A stretch of DNA of 64,000 bases from Octopus sinensis. Lineage: Eukaryota. This document shows positions 12,946 to 24,908 of the stretch, piece by piece. The position numbers and the translations under genes were made by a program. The stretch lies in the NCBI RefSeq assembly GCF_006345805.1, contig NC_042997.1, positions 66,092,001-66,156,000 of the forward strand, given 5' to 3'. Position 1 is the first letter of the stretch. Each line of letters begins with the position of its first letter. Under the pieces are notes generated by a model. It was not told the DNA's origin and ran no database searches. It was given only the letters and a program-made list of their open reading frames with translations.

Positions 12946-14258
12946 AATTGACAATTATAAAGACAAAAGAGCTATTAGAATGACCATAAAATAAGGGGGA
13001 AAACTGAAGAGAAAGTAAATAAGTAAAAACGCTCATAGAAATCGCGTATGCGCACATGTACATACATATACATGTGCACACACATACCCACGCACATGTG
13101 CCTATATGTATATGTTCACTCACACTTGCATGAAACACATACATGTACACCCACACATATGCCTATATATGCACATATATATATATATATGCAACCATGC
13201 ATGTACACGTATAATATCCACACACACACATATATACACACGTGCACATACCCATATGCACACAATTATATTCAAATACACGTCTAAACTATACACATGC
13301 TATATATGCATATGTTCACTCACACTTGTGTGAAATACATGCATGTACACCCACATATCTATGCAACCATACACATGTACATTTATACATACCTACACAC
13401 ATGCACACACACGTGTATATACCCCTACACGCACAAAAAAGTTCATAAACACATCTATATACACATATGCACAAGAAAAATGCAGGGTGAAAGGTAAAAT
13501 ACAGAAAAAATGTGTAAAAATATATAAAGCAATAAAATTTTTTTAAATATCTATAGATATGTAAAAAATATGTAAAAGAATATATGCATTTGAGTATGTC
13601 TATGTCTGTATTATCAGACAATTGCAAAAAAAATGTTTAAAAAAATTCACAACGCTGCAAAAACCTGGTACAAATACTTCATGGTTCAAAACGTATTTTT
13701 AACATATTCTTTACATATTTTTTACATATTTTTTACATATTCTTTAGATATTTTTTACATTTTTTAACACATTTTTTACATATTTTTTATATATTTTTTA
13801 TATAATTTTTACTTCTTTTTTACATATTTATAGATATAGTTTTATATTTATATTACTTATATATTTTACACATTTTTTTCTGTATTTTACCTTTCACCTT
13901 GCATTTTTCTTGTGCATGTGCATATTAGACATGTATATGAACTTTTTGTGTGTGTAGCGGTATATACACGTGTGTGTGTGTGTGTATGTATATATGTACA
14001 TGTATATATACATGCGTATGGTTGCATATATATCTGTGTGTACATCCATGTGTTTCACATGAGTATGAGTGTGTGTGAGCATATGCATATAGGCACATGT
14101 ATGTGAGTGTGCGTGCACACATGTGTATGTATGTACATGCATGCATACATGATTTCTGAGCATTTTTACTTCTTTATTTTTTTACTTTCTCCCCTTCAGT
14201 TTTTTCCCCTTATTTAATGGTCATTCTAATAGCTCTTTTGTCTTAATAACAGTCAATT
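12946..14258. mobile_element. Fold-back element / long inverted repeat (arms ~12946-13585 and ~13705-14258)
   Basis: aattgac..aagacaaaagagctattagaatgacc..ggggaaaactgaag, aagaaaaatgca.ggtgaaaggtaaaatacagaaaaaatgtgtaaaa and gatatgtaaaaaatatgtaaa.gaatat all recur as reverse complements in mirrored order. Confidence 0.85.
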
Positions 14259-14289
14259 ATATGTATGTATGTGTGTATATATATATATC

Positions 14290-14525
14290 AACATCATCAT
14301 CATCATCGTTTAACGTCCGTTTTCCGCGCTAGCACGGGTTGGACGGTTTTGACCGGGGTCTGGGGAGCTCGGGACTGCCCCAGGCTCCAGTCTAGTCTGG
14401 CAGTGTTTCTACAGCTAGATGCCCTTCCTAACGCCAACCACTCCGCGAGTGTAGTGGGTGTTTTTTACGTGCCACCTGCACAGGTGCCAGAGGGGTCTGG
14501 CATCGGCCACGTTCGGATGGTGCTT
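14290..14525 (-). mobile_element. Young RTE 3' tail copy
   Basis: catcatcatcatcgtttaacgtccgttttcc..tttttacgtgccacctgcacaggtgccag, highly similar to 10045-10240. Confidence 0.85.
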
Positions 14526-14782
14526 TTTATGTGGGGGGGGGGTGCAGAAATATAGGGGAGCACCAGTGGGGAGGGGTGGTTCAGAGAAATGATGACAGGC
14601 TCTAGGCAAGTAGAATGTAGGATATCGAGAGAGGGGTAATGCATGGTGAAATAGCGTATTGAAGAGGGGGGTTCGAAGAGTAGACACCTATAATGGTGGT
14701 GGGAGAAGCGACATCCGGTATAGATGGAGCAAAATATAGAGATATCCGGTATTGGTGGTGGGGGTGGGCAGGGCGGGTGCAC

Positions 14783-14815
14783 CGCGAAGATACGAAGTTT
14801 GATTTTAGACGAATG

Positions 14816-14847
<32 letters not shown>

Positions 14848-15074
14848 GAAATTAGATAGATAGAGAAATTTGATAAATAGTTAGACAGATAGAGAAACAT
14901 AAATAAATGGTAGCCGAAGTGAAAATTAAGCATTCAACTTATCTGCGCTCAGGACTACAGCTTGTAGATGAATGAGAGAGTGAGAGAGAGAGAGAGAGAG
15001 AGAGAACATATGTGTATTAGAGGGGACATACTTCAAGATGACGCGAAGATACGAAGTTTGATTTTAGACGAATG

Positions 15075-15110
<36 letters not shown>

Positions 15111-15585
15111 GAAATTGATAGATAGAGAAATTTGATAAATAGAGAAATTTGATAAATAGTTAGACAGATAGAGAAACATAAGAAGGAGTATCCGGTGTAG
15201 ATGGTGAAAACAGTGTTCACCGGTATTGGTGGTGGGGGTGGGAGGGCGGGCGCACTGCGCATTGGGAGAAGATGAGGTTTTAGGCGGCAGAAAGAAGACA
15301 GGATTGAGATGAAATGCTTTGCGGTGGTGTGAATAAGTTTTTGTGAGTGAAAGTTTTTATGCTTCAGCTAGCATTTGAGACGAAAGACAACGATAACGCT
15401 ATTATATGGGGATACAATAATAATAAGGCTTGCAAAAACAATGAAAAGAGGAAACAGGTCGGGAACTTAGCTGATGTTTTTCATCCTGCGGTATTGGCTA
15501 AGCCTGTGGAAGCGAGTGAAGGTGAGATATATACCGAGAGAGAGAGAGAGAGACAGTGAAAACAGAGGGAGAACCGACACCACAT

Positions 15586-15618
<33 letters not shown>

Positions 15619-15740
15619 ATAGTGACACCGCGCATTGGGAGAAGATGAGGTTTTAGGCGGCAGAAAGAAGACAGGATTGAGATGAAATGCTTTGCGGTGG
15701 TGTGAATAAGTTTTTGTGAGTGAAAGTTTTTATGCTTCAG

Positions 15741-15743
<3 letters not shown>
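14783..15743 (+). repeat. GC/CpG-richer segment with two internal direct duplications
   Basis: 14783-14902 matches 15042-15181 (with GATA repeats); 15257-15370 matches 15630-15743 (114 bp, apparently identical). Confidence 0.85.
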
Positions 15744-15774
<31 letters not shown>

Positions 15775-16088
15775 CAGGCTTCTTTCATTTTCTGTCTGCC
15801 AAATCCACTCACAAGGCTTTTGTCAGCCCAGAGCAATAGTTGATGACACTGGCCCAAGGTGCCAGGCAGTGGGACTGAACCCAGAATCATTTGGTTAGTA
15901 AGCAAGCTACTTACCACACAGCCACCCCTGCACCTATATATATAGATATATGTGTGTATGTTTATATATATCCACATTATATATATATATATAAATATAT
16001 ATATATACATACACTATTTAAAACAATTTGATTCAGTTCCATGTGCCTTAAAGTTTCACTGGCCTCTAACAGTAACCCTCTCTTTCAG

Positions 16089-16142
16089 GTTGTAGATGAC
16101 CAAAAGAGATGGGCCTCAGTTACGATGTCTGCTAAACTTTAA
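16089..16142 (+). CDS. Candidate terminal coding exon VVDDQKRWASVTMSAKL* (PTS1-like AKL end)
   Basis: Branch-point-like CTAAC (16066-16070), pyrimidine tract ctctctttcAG; frame 0 gives 17 codons and stops at TAA 16140-16142, the other two frames stop within 3 codons; AATAAA at 16153. Confidence 0.35.
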   Translation, partial: VVDDQKRWASVTMSAKL

Positions 16143-17156
16143 GTTGCATAGAAATAAATAAAACTGCTTTAAATAATGCATGTAACTCCTACTAAATGTG
16201 TTAAGTGTCCTTTTCTTTCATTTGTCCATTCTTAGGCGCATGCATGCACACAGACACACACACACACACATAAAATGTGAGGATCTGATATCATTTTTAT
16301 TCCCACTCAAAAGAAATTCTCTGTCTGTCAGGTCTTTTAAAAATTTTAATAATGAAACTCCTTACTGACTGGATTCCTATGACTACAACAGAAATTGTTT
16401 TAACTGTGTTTTCTTTTTCGCTCATTATTTGATACCCCTTCTTAATAGTAGCAATAGTGGCCATTAAAAATGGTAGTAGTACAACTGAGCTAACCATGGT
16501 TTCAATCACAATTTGGATTTTGAATAGCGTCATCTTCACAAATGTACTTTCACTACCTCTACTGCCACTGCCATCATCAACAGCAGCATAATGTTAGCGT
16601 TTGACATAGATTTTATAGCTCTCTCATACTGTATATCACCAACCAATCTTTGTCTTTCATCAGCTCATCTGTGAGTATCAGCATTATGATATGATCTCAC
16701 CAACTGTTCTAAGGTTGCCTTTGATCTGCGTCTTTCAGCAGCACCCTTTACTGATATAATGCAATATTTTATTATTCTGCATTCATTATACATTCACATC
16801 ATATTATCATACGCACAAGCACACACACACAGTTAGTTCACCTGCACAAATCAGTTGATATTTTTAATGGTCAATTTACCCTTTCCATCCACTTGTGCTC
16901 CACCTTTCATGCAGATTAACATCAAACATACACCAGGTGTAAATAAATGCAATCCTTTCCCTATGTCAGTAGATGTTCAGCATTCAGTGGCTGTGTCTCA
17001 CTACCATGTAGCATCACATTCAGAAAGCATGAAACACCTTCTTGTGACTTTCAAGTTCAAAACAAACTGGAAACACCAAAAGATTTCAGTAACACAAAAG
17101 GACATTAAAAAAAACATCTTTCCTACTGATCAATTATAAGATTATGAATTAAACAG

Positions 17157-17188
<32 letters not shown>

Positions 17189-17812
17189 TAACAGCTAAGC
17201 CCGGTTTCCCCTGGTCGATTTGGATGATGTGGCTGTAAAACCTGCTCTGTGTAATCATTCGACTTGTTTGGGCACAATTTTAGAATGACATTTTTTCTGT
17301 CAAAACACTAAAAATAACTGACGAACAAAAAAAAAAGCCAACCAAGATTCAACCAAATCAAAAAAAATAAACCCAAATACTAAGTGAACAAAGATAAACC
17401 ATTCCACTTCCATTGAGCGTGCACATGCACGCACGCACATATTTACATATCCCCTTTTACATACACACACATATATTCACACAGAGTTGAAACGCTGTTT
17501 GATTTATTTTTTCAGTGTACAATTTTCATCATCTCACTACCAAGTATGATATCACTCGTTACTTCCTTATTCATCTATCATGCCTTCCTTTCTCATCCAT
17601 AAACACAAGACTATTATTATAGTAGATTATCTCAGTAACCAAGGGAGCTATGAAAAATACTAAGCCCAGCATCAACACCGGATCATTCTACACATCTGTG
17701 TAATTTTTCTTGCAATTCCACCCAGCCGTGAATCCCAAGACAAGAAAGAATCACCCATGTCAAATTTATATGTATATATATATGTATTTATCACAACTGC
17801 TAGACAAAGAGG

Positions 17813-18590
17813 AAAGCGATGTGGTAAAACACTTGCTTCCCAGTCTCATGGTGCCAGGTTCAGTCCCACTGGGTAGCACCTTGGGCAAGTGTCTTCTACT
17901 ATAGTCTCAGGCCAACCAAAGCCTTGTGAGTGATTTAGGTAGATGGAAACTGAAAGAAGCCTGTCATATGTGTGTGTGCCTTAGTGTCTGTGTTTATCTC
18001 CAATGACCACTTGACAGCTGATTCTGTTGTGTTTACATCCCCATAACTTAGCAGTTCAGCAAAAGAGATTGGTAAGATAAACACCAGGCTTTAATAAAAA
18101 ATAACTACTAGGATCAATTCATTCCACTAAAAACTTTTCGAGGTGATGCCCCAGCATGGCTGCAGTCTGATGACTGAAATAAGTAAAAAAGGTAAATGAT
18201 ACAGACAAACTCATACACACAGCCACAGGTGTGGCTCTGTGGTAAGAAACTAGCTTCCCAACCACATGGTTCCAGATTCAGTCCTACTGTGTGGCACATT
18301 AAGCATGTGTTTTCTACTATAATCTCAAGCCAACCAAATCCTTGAGAGTGAATTTGGTAGACGGATACTGAAAGAGGCCCATCATATGTGTGTGCGTGTG
18401 TGCCCTCATCACTATGTGACAACTGGTGTTGGTATGTTTATATCCCTGTAACTTAGTTGTTCGGAAAAAGTGACCAGTTGAATAAGTACTAGGCTTAAAA
18501 GAAGAAGTCCTGAGGTCAATTTGTTCAACTAAAACCCTTCAAAGCAGTGCCTCAGCATGGCCACAGTCAAATGACTGAAATGAGTTAAAC
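17813..18590 (+). mobile_element. Two tandem SINE family A copies
   Basis: Heads at ~17815 and ~18225, each followed by core and tail ending gactgaaat. Confidence 0.8.
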
Positions 18591-19193
18591 AATACATACA
18601 TATATATATTAGAAATAGCATCTGCAATTGGACTGAAAGTGTTAATACAAATCTGCTGGTATAATCTTTATCCGTGTATTTGTTGCTATATCATTGTAAC
18701 TTTGAAAAGCACTTCAGAATAATATTGACAGAATGTAGAATGACATTTAAAAAATATCACAGTGCATCTTGTTTTTATATGACCATTGTCACCACTAGCT
18801 TTATAGCTGATGGCTTTCCATACTTTAAGCCATTCTAGATAAGCAAAATGGAAAGAAAAGCTGATGTAAAGAGAATAAAACTGGTCTAATTCATACTTTG
18901 CAAATATGATTACTGCTGCTAAGTATCAGATGACAACAAAGTTTGATAGCTTTCCTATAAGCTTTTTTCCAATATTTGTAGGTGAAGATGACAGAGAAGT
19001 GCTAGGTTAAACTCATTCTAGATTAAATTTATTAAATGGCAGTCTCCAGACCTTTACAGATTTCAGAGCTTAACACTAAAAACAACAGTGAATGTTCCAG
19101 AACATAAACTATATGAAGCAAACATCTTGATGCTTTGGGTGCAGACAAGGAAAATAAATAGATATTCTTATGATAATAAAGTGTCTTAATATA

Positions 19194-19731
19194 CAGGGTG
19201 GGGCAGAGAGGACAGACGTTTTAGAAATGGTTATTACTCAGCCCAAGGGGCAGGGAGATATGTCTGACAGATACCATTCAGTCTGTGGAGTCTTAGCATT
19301 TTTTTTTCAAGGTGAAGCCATAGCACTGTGGACAACGGAGCATTGTGTGTTTGCCTATGACAGTTACGCATCAGACAAGCTTTGATTCAGAGTCCAAATC
19401 ACTCTGCTCGGAGGCATTCCACTGAACTTGACATCAGTAATCAATCGGTAAGGTGTATTTTGCATGAAAACCTGCATTTCCACCTGTACAAATTGGTCAT
19501 TGGGCAACAGTTGGAACCATGGGACTATGCACAGAGTAATGATAGAGAGAGTGGAGGCCAACTTCCAAGAACACCTTCAGAAATACATCAATGAAAATGG
19601 ACACCATATGATGGATATTATTTTCCACACTTGATTTTGACAAATGCTAATTCAATACAAATACATAGATGTCAATAAAATTTGTTTGCAGCTAAATTTT
19701 CAAAAGCATCCATCCTCTCTGCCCCACCCTG
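19194..19731 (+). mobile_element. Internally deleted Tc1/mariner-superfamily DNA transposon
   Basis: Perfect TIRs cagggtggggcagagagga / tcctctctgccccaccctg flanked by TA on both sides; remnant peptide QSPNHSARRHSTELDISNQSVRCILHENLHFHLYKL resembles a mariner-like HTH region (HPYK motif). Confidence 0.85.
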
Positions 19732-19804
19732 TAGTTATTCTAAATTGTCTCTTATACAAAGGTAGAAAAAATTAGTATATAATTATAATAATTATATCAA
19801 TTAT

Positions 19805-20530
19805 ACCAAAGCCTTGTGAGTGGCTTTAATAGACGGAAATTGGAAAAAATACTCAGTGTGTGTGTGTGTCTTAGAGACTGTTTGTTCCCCACCACCACTA
19901 CTACCACTTGACAACTGGTGCTGGTGTGCTTATGTCTCTGTAACCTAGCAGTTCAGCAAAAGAGACAGATAGAATAAGTATCAGGCTTCAAAAAAAAACA
20001 AGTCAACACATTTGACTGAAAAAATTCTTCAAGGAGATGCCCCAGAATGGCCACAGTTTAATGACTGAAACAAGTAAAAAATAAAAGATATAATGATCAA
20101 TATTTCTTTTATTCTTTTACTTGTTTTAGTCATTTAACTGTGGCCATACTGGAGCACTGCCTTAAAGGATTTTGTAGTCAAAGAAATCAACCCCAGGACT
20201 TCTTCTTTGTAAGCTTAGTACTTACTCTATCAGTCTCTTTTGCTGAACTGCCAGGTTACAAGGGACATAAACACATGAACATCAGTTGTCAAGTGATGGT
20301 GGGAGGACAGATAGAAAGACACACACACACATAATATATATATATATATATATATACACGCATACATACACAACAGACTTTTAGTTTCCATCTACCAAAC
20401 CCACTCACAAGGCATTGGTCGACCCAAGGCTATAGAAGACACTCCTCCAAGGTGTCACGCAATGAGACTAAACCCAGAACCATGTGGTTGGGAAGCAAGC
20501 TTCTTACCACACAGCCACACCTGTGCCTAT
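19805..20530. mobile_element. Tail-to-tail inverted pair of SINE family A copies
   Basis: + copy ends gactgaaacaagtaaaa at ~20085; - copy starts ttttacttgttttagtc at ~20115 and runs to its head at ~20525. Confidence 0.8.
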
Positions 20531-21620
20531 AACAGTAATATAATAGTAATTATATTCATTTCTATGTTTATTACAGGAAAACCATATGCCTATTCCTTAT
20601 TTTAACCAAGCCATCACCAGGAAAATCAAATGTAATTAATCTGAGGCAACTAAATATAGCACTGCACTCTAACACTCTCACATCTATCATACATTATTTT
20701 AGCTATAAATGGCTGTTATATTTCTTAATAATCATATTGAATTTGACTGTTAAAGACCCCTCATTTCAAAATCGTGATGTGTAAATCTATCTCTTCTAGT
20801 TTAGTACTGAAATAAGAGCAATGCACATTTTTTTCCAGTAATCCCTTATGATTACCCAGGTTACAAAGACTATTATTATTCTATAGCAATATAATTATGA
20901 TAAATAGATTAATAGGATTAACTAGATGGAATGATCCTGTTTGTGTTTTGGATTCAGCTTCTTTAATCTAAACTGCACTTACAGTTGTTAGCTTTATGGC
21001 CATTAGCAATATTTTGTATGTATGTGTCAATGTGTGTGTGCGTGTAAGTGAGAGAGTGTGTGTGTGTAGGTGTCAATGTGTGTATGTGTATCTGCCACTG
21101 TAAATGAAGCTATATGTGCTAAGTCTAGTGAGATTAAGAAAAAACCAAACATGCCAAAAAATTAAATTATGTAAATGGATAGCCTTACTTATGAATGTAT
21201 AAACACACACACATGCTACATATAGCAGCTGATCTATGCTATTGATTGGGTAAAGAAGCAGGATATATGGCTTAGAAGAATTAACAACCTGTGAAACAGT
21301 GCATCAAGAGACTCCCTCCTTTCTATGCTTGAACATCAATAGTAGCATAGGGGAAAAAATAGACTTTATCATGCTTTAATTTAGTTCAGTAATTTTGATA
21401 TATGCTATGTTGTGCATAAAACAGATAATGTTTAATTAATGATGAGTCAGCAGAAGTACAAATATGCAAATTAGGCTATCCATCATGGTATTAGCTTGAT
21501 TTAGGACAGCTTCATATAGCAAATGATCTAAGTTATTGACCTGTGAAAGAAGGGTATTAAAGAATATCATAAGGTATTGAAAGAATAAGAGAAAAACGAA
21601 ATTGAATATACTTAAAATGG

Positions 21621-22045
21621 TACATTATTTACAATTGACAGATATTTGTCCTCATCTTGTTTGTTAGGAATGAGAACCCAGGTTCAAAATTTCCCCAAAA
21701 CACCTGATGAAGGATGGAGGGTATATCAGCTGAAACGTTGTGTTAACAACAAACAAGATGAGGACAAATATCTGTCAATTGTAAATAATGTAAATAATGT
21801 ATTTTGACGAGCTAGTTTTTGATGGTTAAGAGTGCGGGCTACTAATCCCAAGATTCCGAGTTCAATTCCAGGCAGTGACCTGAATAATAATAACCACAAC
21901 AACAACATCAAAAAATACCTTAGAAATGAGAACCCAAGTTCGAAATTTCCCCAAGACACCTGATGAAGGATGGAGGGTGTATCAGCTGAAAAGTGTTAAC
22001 AACAAGATGAGGACAACTATCCGTCAATTGTAAATAATGTACATA
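21621..22045 (+). mobile_element. Non-autonomous element: inverted pLTR piece + pLTR + tRNA-like head + pLTR (Penelope-type architecture)
   Basis: 21621-21665 is the exact reverse complement of 21748-21792; direct repeats 21666-21801 and 21921-22041; tRNA-Ser-like head 21806-21870 with B box gagttcaattcc. Confidence 0.75.
21699..21744 (+). ncRNA. Minimal type I hammerhead ribozyme motif
   Basis: aacac-CTGATGA-(aggatg gagggtatat cagct)-GAAA-CG-TT-gtgtt: stem I aacac/gtgtt, both core boxes, palindromic AACGTT in place of stem III; stem II has a mismatch. Confidence 0.6.
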
Positions 22046-23247
22046 ATTCTTCATTTCTTAAATATAGAACTGTACTTCAAATGGTGACAACTAGCTGTAG
22101 AATTTATAGTCAATATCAAGTAGGGTTTAAATATACATTGGTCAATAGTAATTCAGGAGAATAGAATTAACAGAATAATAGAAAACAGAATTGAAGTATA
22201 TTTGGTCATGAGATAAAATGATGACAACTATCTATAGAATACATATTGTTCTGTTTCATTATAGTGGTTATATTTCCAAGCTTACATGAATGAGTTGGAT
22301 GATCTTCCTGGTGCCAACCCTGACCTGTTACTAAGCAGAGTAATCAATTTCCAGTCTATTAAACAATGAACACTCTGGCCATACTTTTGCACAGAACTGC
22401 AAATGAATGACATCATTTGTTGTCAATAACCACCCTATTTTCAAACTCTTTTTGTTTATGTATATTGTGTGGGGTTCTACCATGATTTAATTTGTAATAA
22501 TCTCTAATTTGAAATAGTCTCTAATTACTTTTTATGAGGAATTGTGGTCTTTGTTTACCAAAATCTGTTTTTTGGTTTTGGTAACAATTTCCAATGGTCC
22601 TCATACAATGGGTTATTTGCATCAGATTGCTTGGAACATCTTTGAGCCCAGTTAAGAATTTTTGTCCAGACTTCTCTTTGACAGCTATTAAAGTTTGTAT
22701 GATGTCTTCATCTCATGAGTGAATTAATGGTATAGTATCTGAAGGTATGAAAATTACATTCAGATTTTTGAGTAAAGACAGATTACACTGCATAACTATT
22801 TTTTTCTTTTTTTTTCTGTCTTTGGTCAATAAGTGTTATTTCCTATCTAGAAATCAAAGGAAATGACTATTATTCTCTTCAAGCTTTACTTTTGTGACCC
22901 GGACATCAATGTTTTGAAACTCACCTGTTTTCTACTACATTTCAGACAGATACAGGGCTGAGTTGCTGACCTTAGCCACTTGAGCGTATCCCTTAGTGGC
23001 TGACAATATGTACATCACTGATAATGAACAGGAGTAATATGGAAGCATCATAGCTATGTGCTGAAAGAGATTCTTTGGGGTTTGAATAAATGTAACAAAA
23101 GCAAATTTTTAAGGAAATATTAGCCATTTTTCATACTTTCAAGAAGTAAGCAAAGAGGAAATAAATAGTAGCTACCCAAGGACAAAACTTGTGTTACACT
23201 GTTATTAGTGTGCTGATTAATCACCAACAAACAATTTTTCACTTTAA

Positions 23248-23467
23248 CCCTGTAGCATTTAGATTTCTCTATTAAACGTAATGCATATTTATTCATATTA
23301 TTTTGAATTAATCATGCATTACCTCAAAGCTTCAAGATTTTGATGATGTGATTGTTTATTCTTAGAATGACATTGTAGGATAGATGCAAGAGGCCAAATC
23401 TGGCTGGTTCAAACATAGGATAGAAGGAATATTTAGGCCAGATATGGATAGTTTAAATGCTGAAGTG
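23248..23467 (+). mobile_element. piggyBac-type MITE (TTAA flanks), diverged copy
   Basis: ttaa|ccctgtagcatttaga...aaatgctgaagtg|ttaa; body alignable to 24689-24908. Confidence 0.65.
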
Positions 23468-24688
23468 TTAATTCTAAATCCTGCTTCAGTCACCAGTTCT
23501 CAAAAACTAACTGTAGTCAACCACAAATTTGTATAAGAAAAGAGTTAAACAGATAAGCTTTTGACACACTTAAAATAACAGGGATTATTTTTTTTCCAGT
23601 CATTACAAGATCTTATTTCTGTCCATTAAAATAAAAGAACTGTCAACTGACTCATTTGAAGATTTAAATGATTTCACATTTTCAATTTTAAGCAAAGTAT
23701 GAACAGGTATAGCATACAAAATAATGCCCTGTTTCTTTTCTATCATAAATATTCTTATGATTTTCAATAATAATTTTTTAGCTATTTTCTCTTAATCCAT
23801 ACTTCAGCAGATAAAAAAAGCAACTCTTTTCCCCCTCACCATAAACACATTCACACAATGTTCTCTTACTTTTTCCCACTTGTTAAACTATTCGCCACTT
23901 AGTATGGAATTTTCTTCCCCCATTTTTTTCCCCCCTTTTGCTTTTTTACACTTCAGCAGTCCATTAATTGAAACTTTCTTTTCACAAACATTGTCAAACA
24001 AAATTTTAGTGCAGCATTTAGTTTGATTATCTTCACAAGATTAAACTCTCTTACAGTCTATGCTGCCATTAGTGGGTGCTGAATTTTCAATGGCAGAACT
24101 GTTTTTTTTTTTTAATTACACTACAATGGCTGTAAATGCTTTGAATGCGAAAAGCAGATATATTAACTGAAAATGTTAATACCATTAACTATGGAAGCAG
24201 TTTTATCCCACAGCCTTGAAAGAAAATCTCTGCTGCGAAAAGCGGAGACAACCCCAGTGACATTTTCTACAAAAGACAATTTTTCAGATTTTCTTAAATT
24301 TTTCCACATTATTTCATCACATGTGTCTTTACAGAGAAAGAATCAAATACTTTTTCGCAATGGATATGAAAACCATATATGCAAGGGACATTGAAAAAGT
24401 ATTGCAGAAGCACAAAATATCAATTCTATTTTTTAGTGGATAATTAACATCATCATCATGAACCTTTAACATCCATTTTCCATGCTGGCATGGGTTGGAC
24501 AGCTTGGCAGGAACTGGCAAGACCAGGGGCCACACCAGGTTCTGTTTTGGCTTGGTTTCTACAGTTGGATGCCTTTCCTAATGCCAACCACTTTACAGAG
24601 TATACAGGATGATAGTGATGATTTTTTTTTTAAATCACAGATTCCACAAGAGAAACAGAAACATGACTGGTATTACTCCTAACATTAA

Positions 24689-24908
24689 CCCTTTAGTATT
24701 CAGATTATTCTGTAAAATGTAAAGCTTATGTATTCACATTATGTAAAATTAATCTTGCATCATTTCATGGCTTTGAGATTACAATGATGTGATTGTTTAT
24801 TTTTAAAATGACACAATAAAATAGCTATGAATGACCATATCTGACTAGTTTGAGCATAAAATAGGTAGAATATTTTGGCCGGATGTGGCTGGTTTAAACA
24901 CTAAAGGG
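24689..24908 (+). mobile_element. piggyBac-type MITE
   Basis: TTAA|CCCTTTAG...CTAAAGGG|TTAA termini; CCC/GGG ends and TTAA TSD are piggyBac hallmarks. Confidence 0.8.

Noticed and set aside
15257-15743. TRIM / mini-LTR element
   Set aside because: The 114-bp direct repeats lack TG...CA ends, PBS and PPT
16590-16760. Old RTE C-terminal remnant on the minus strand (VKGAAERRRSKATLEQLV)
   Set aside because: Similarity to the G.R.RGRP..W motif is too degraded to call
20577-20632. Candidate exon after tttattacAG
   Set aside because: Ambiguous frame, weak donor, no homology
21806-21870. Functional tRNA-Ser gene
   Set aside because: Lacks the long variable arm and the 3' acceptor strand; only a tRNA-derived head
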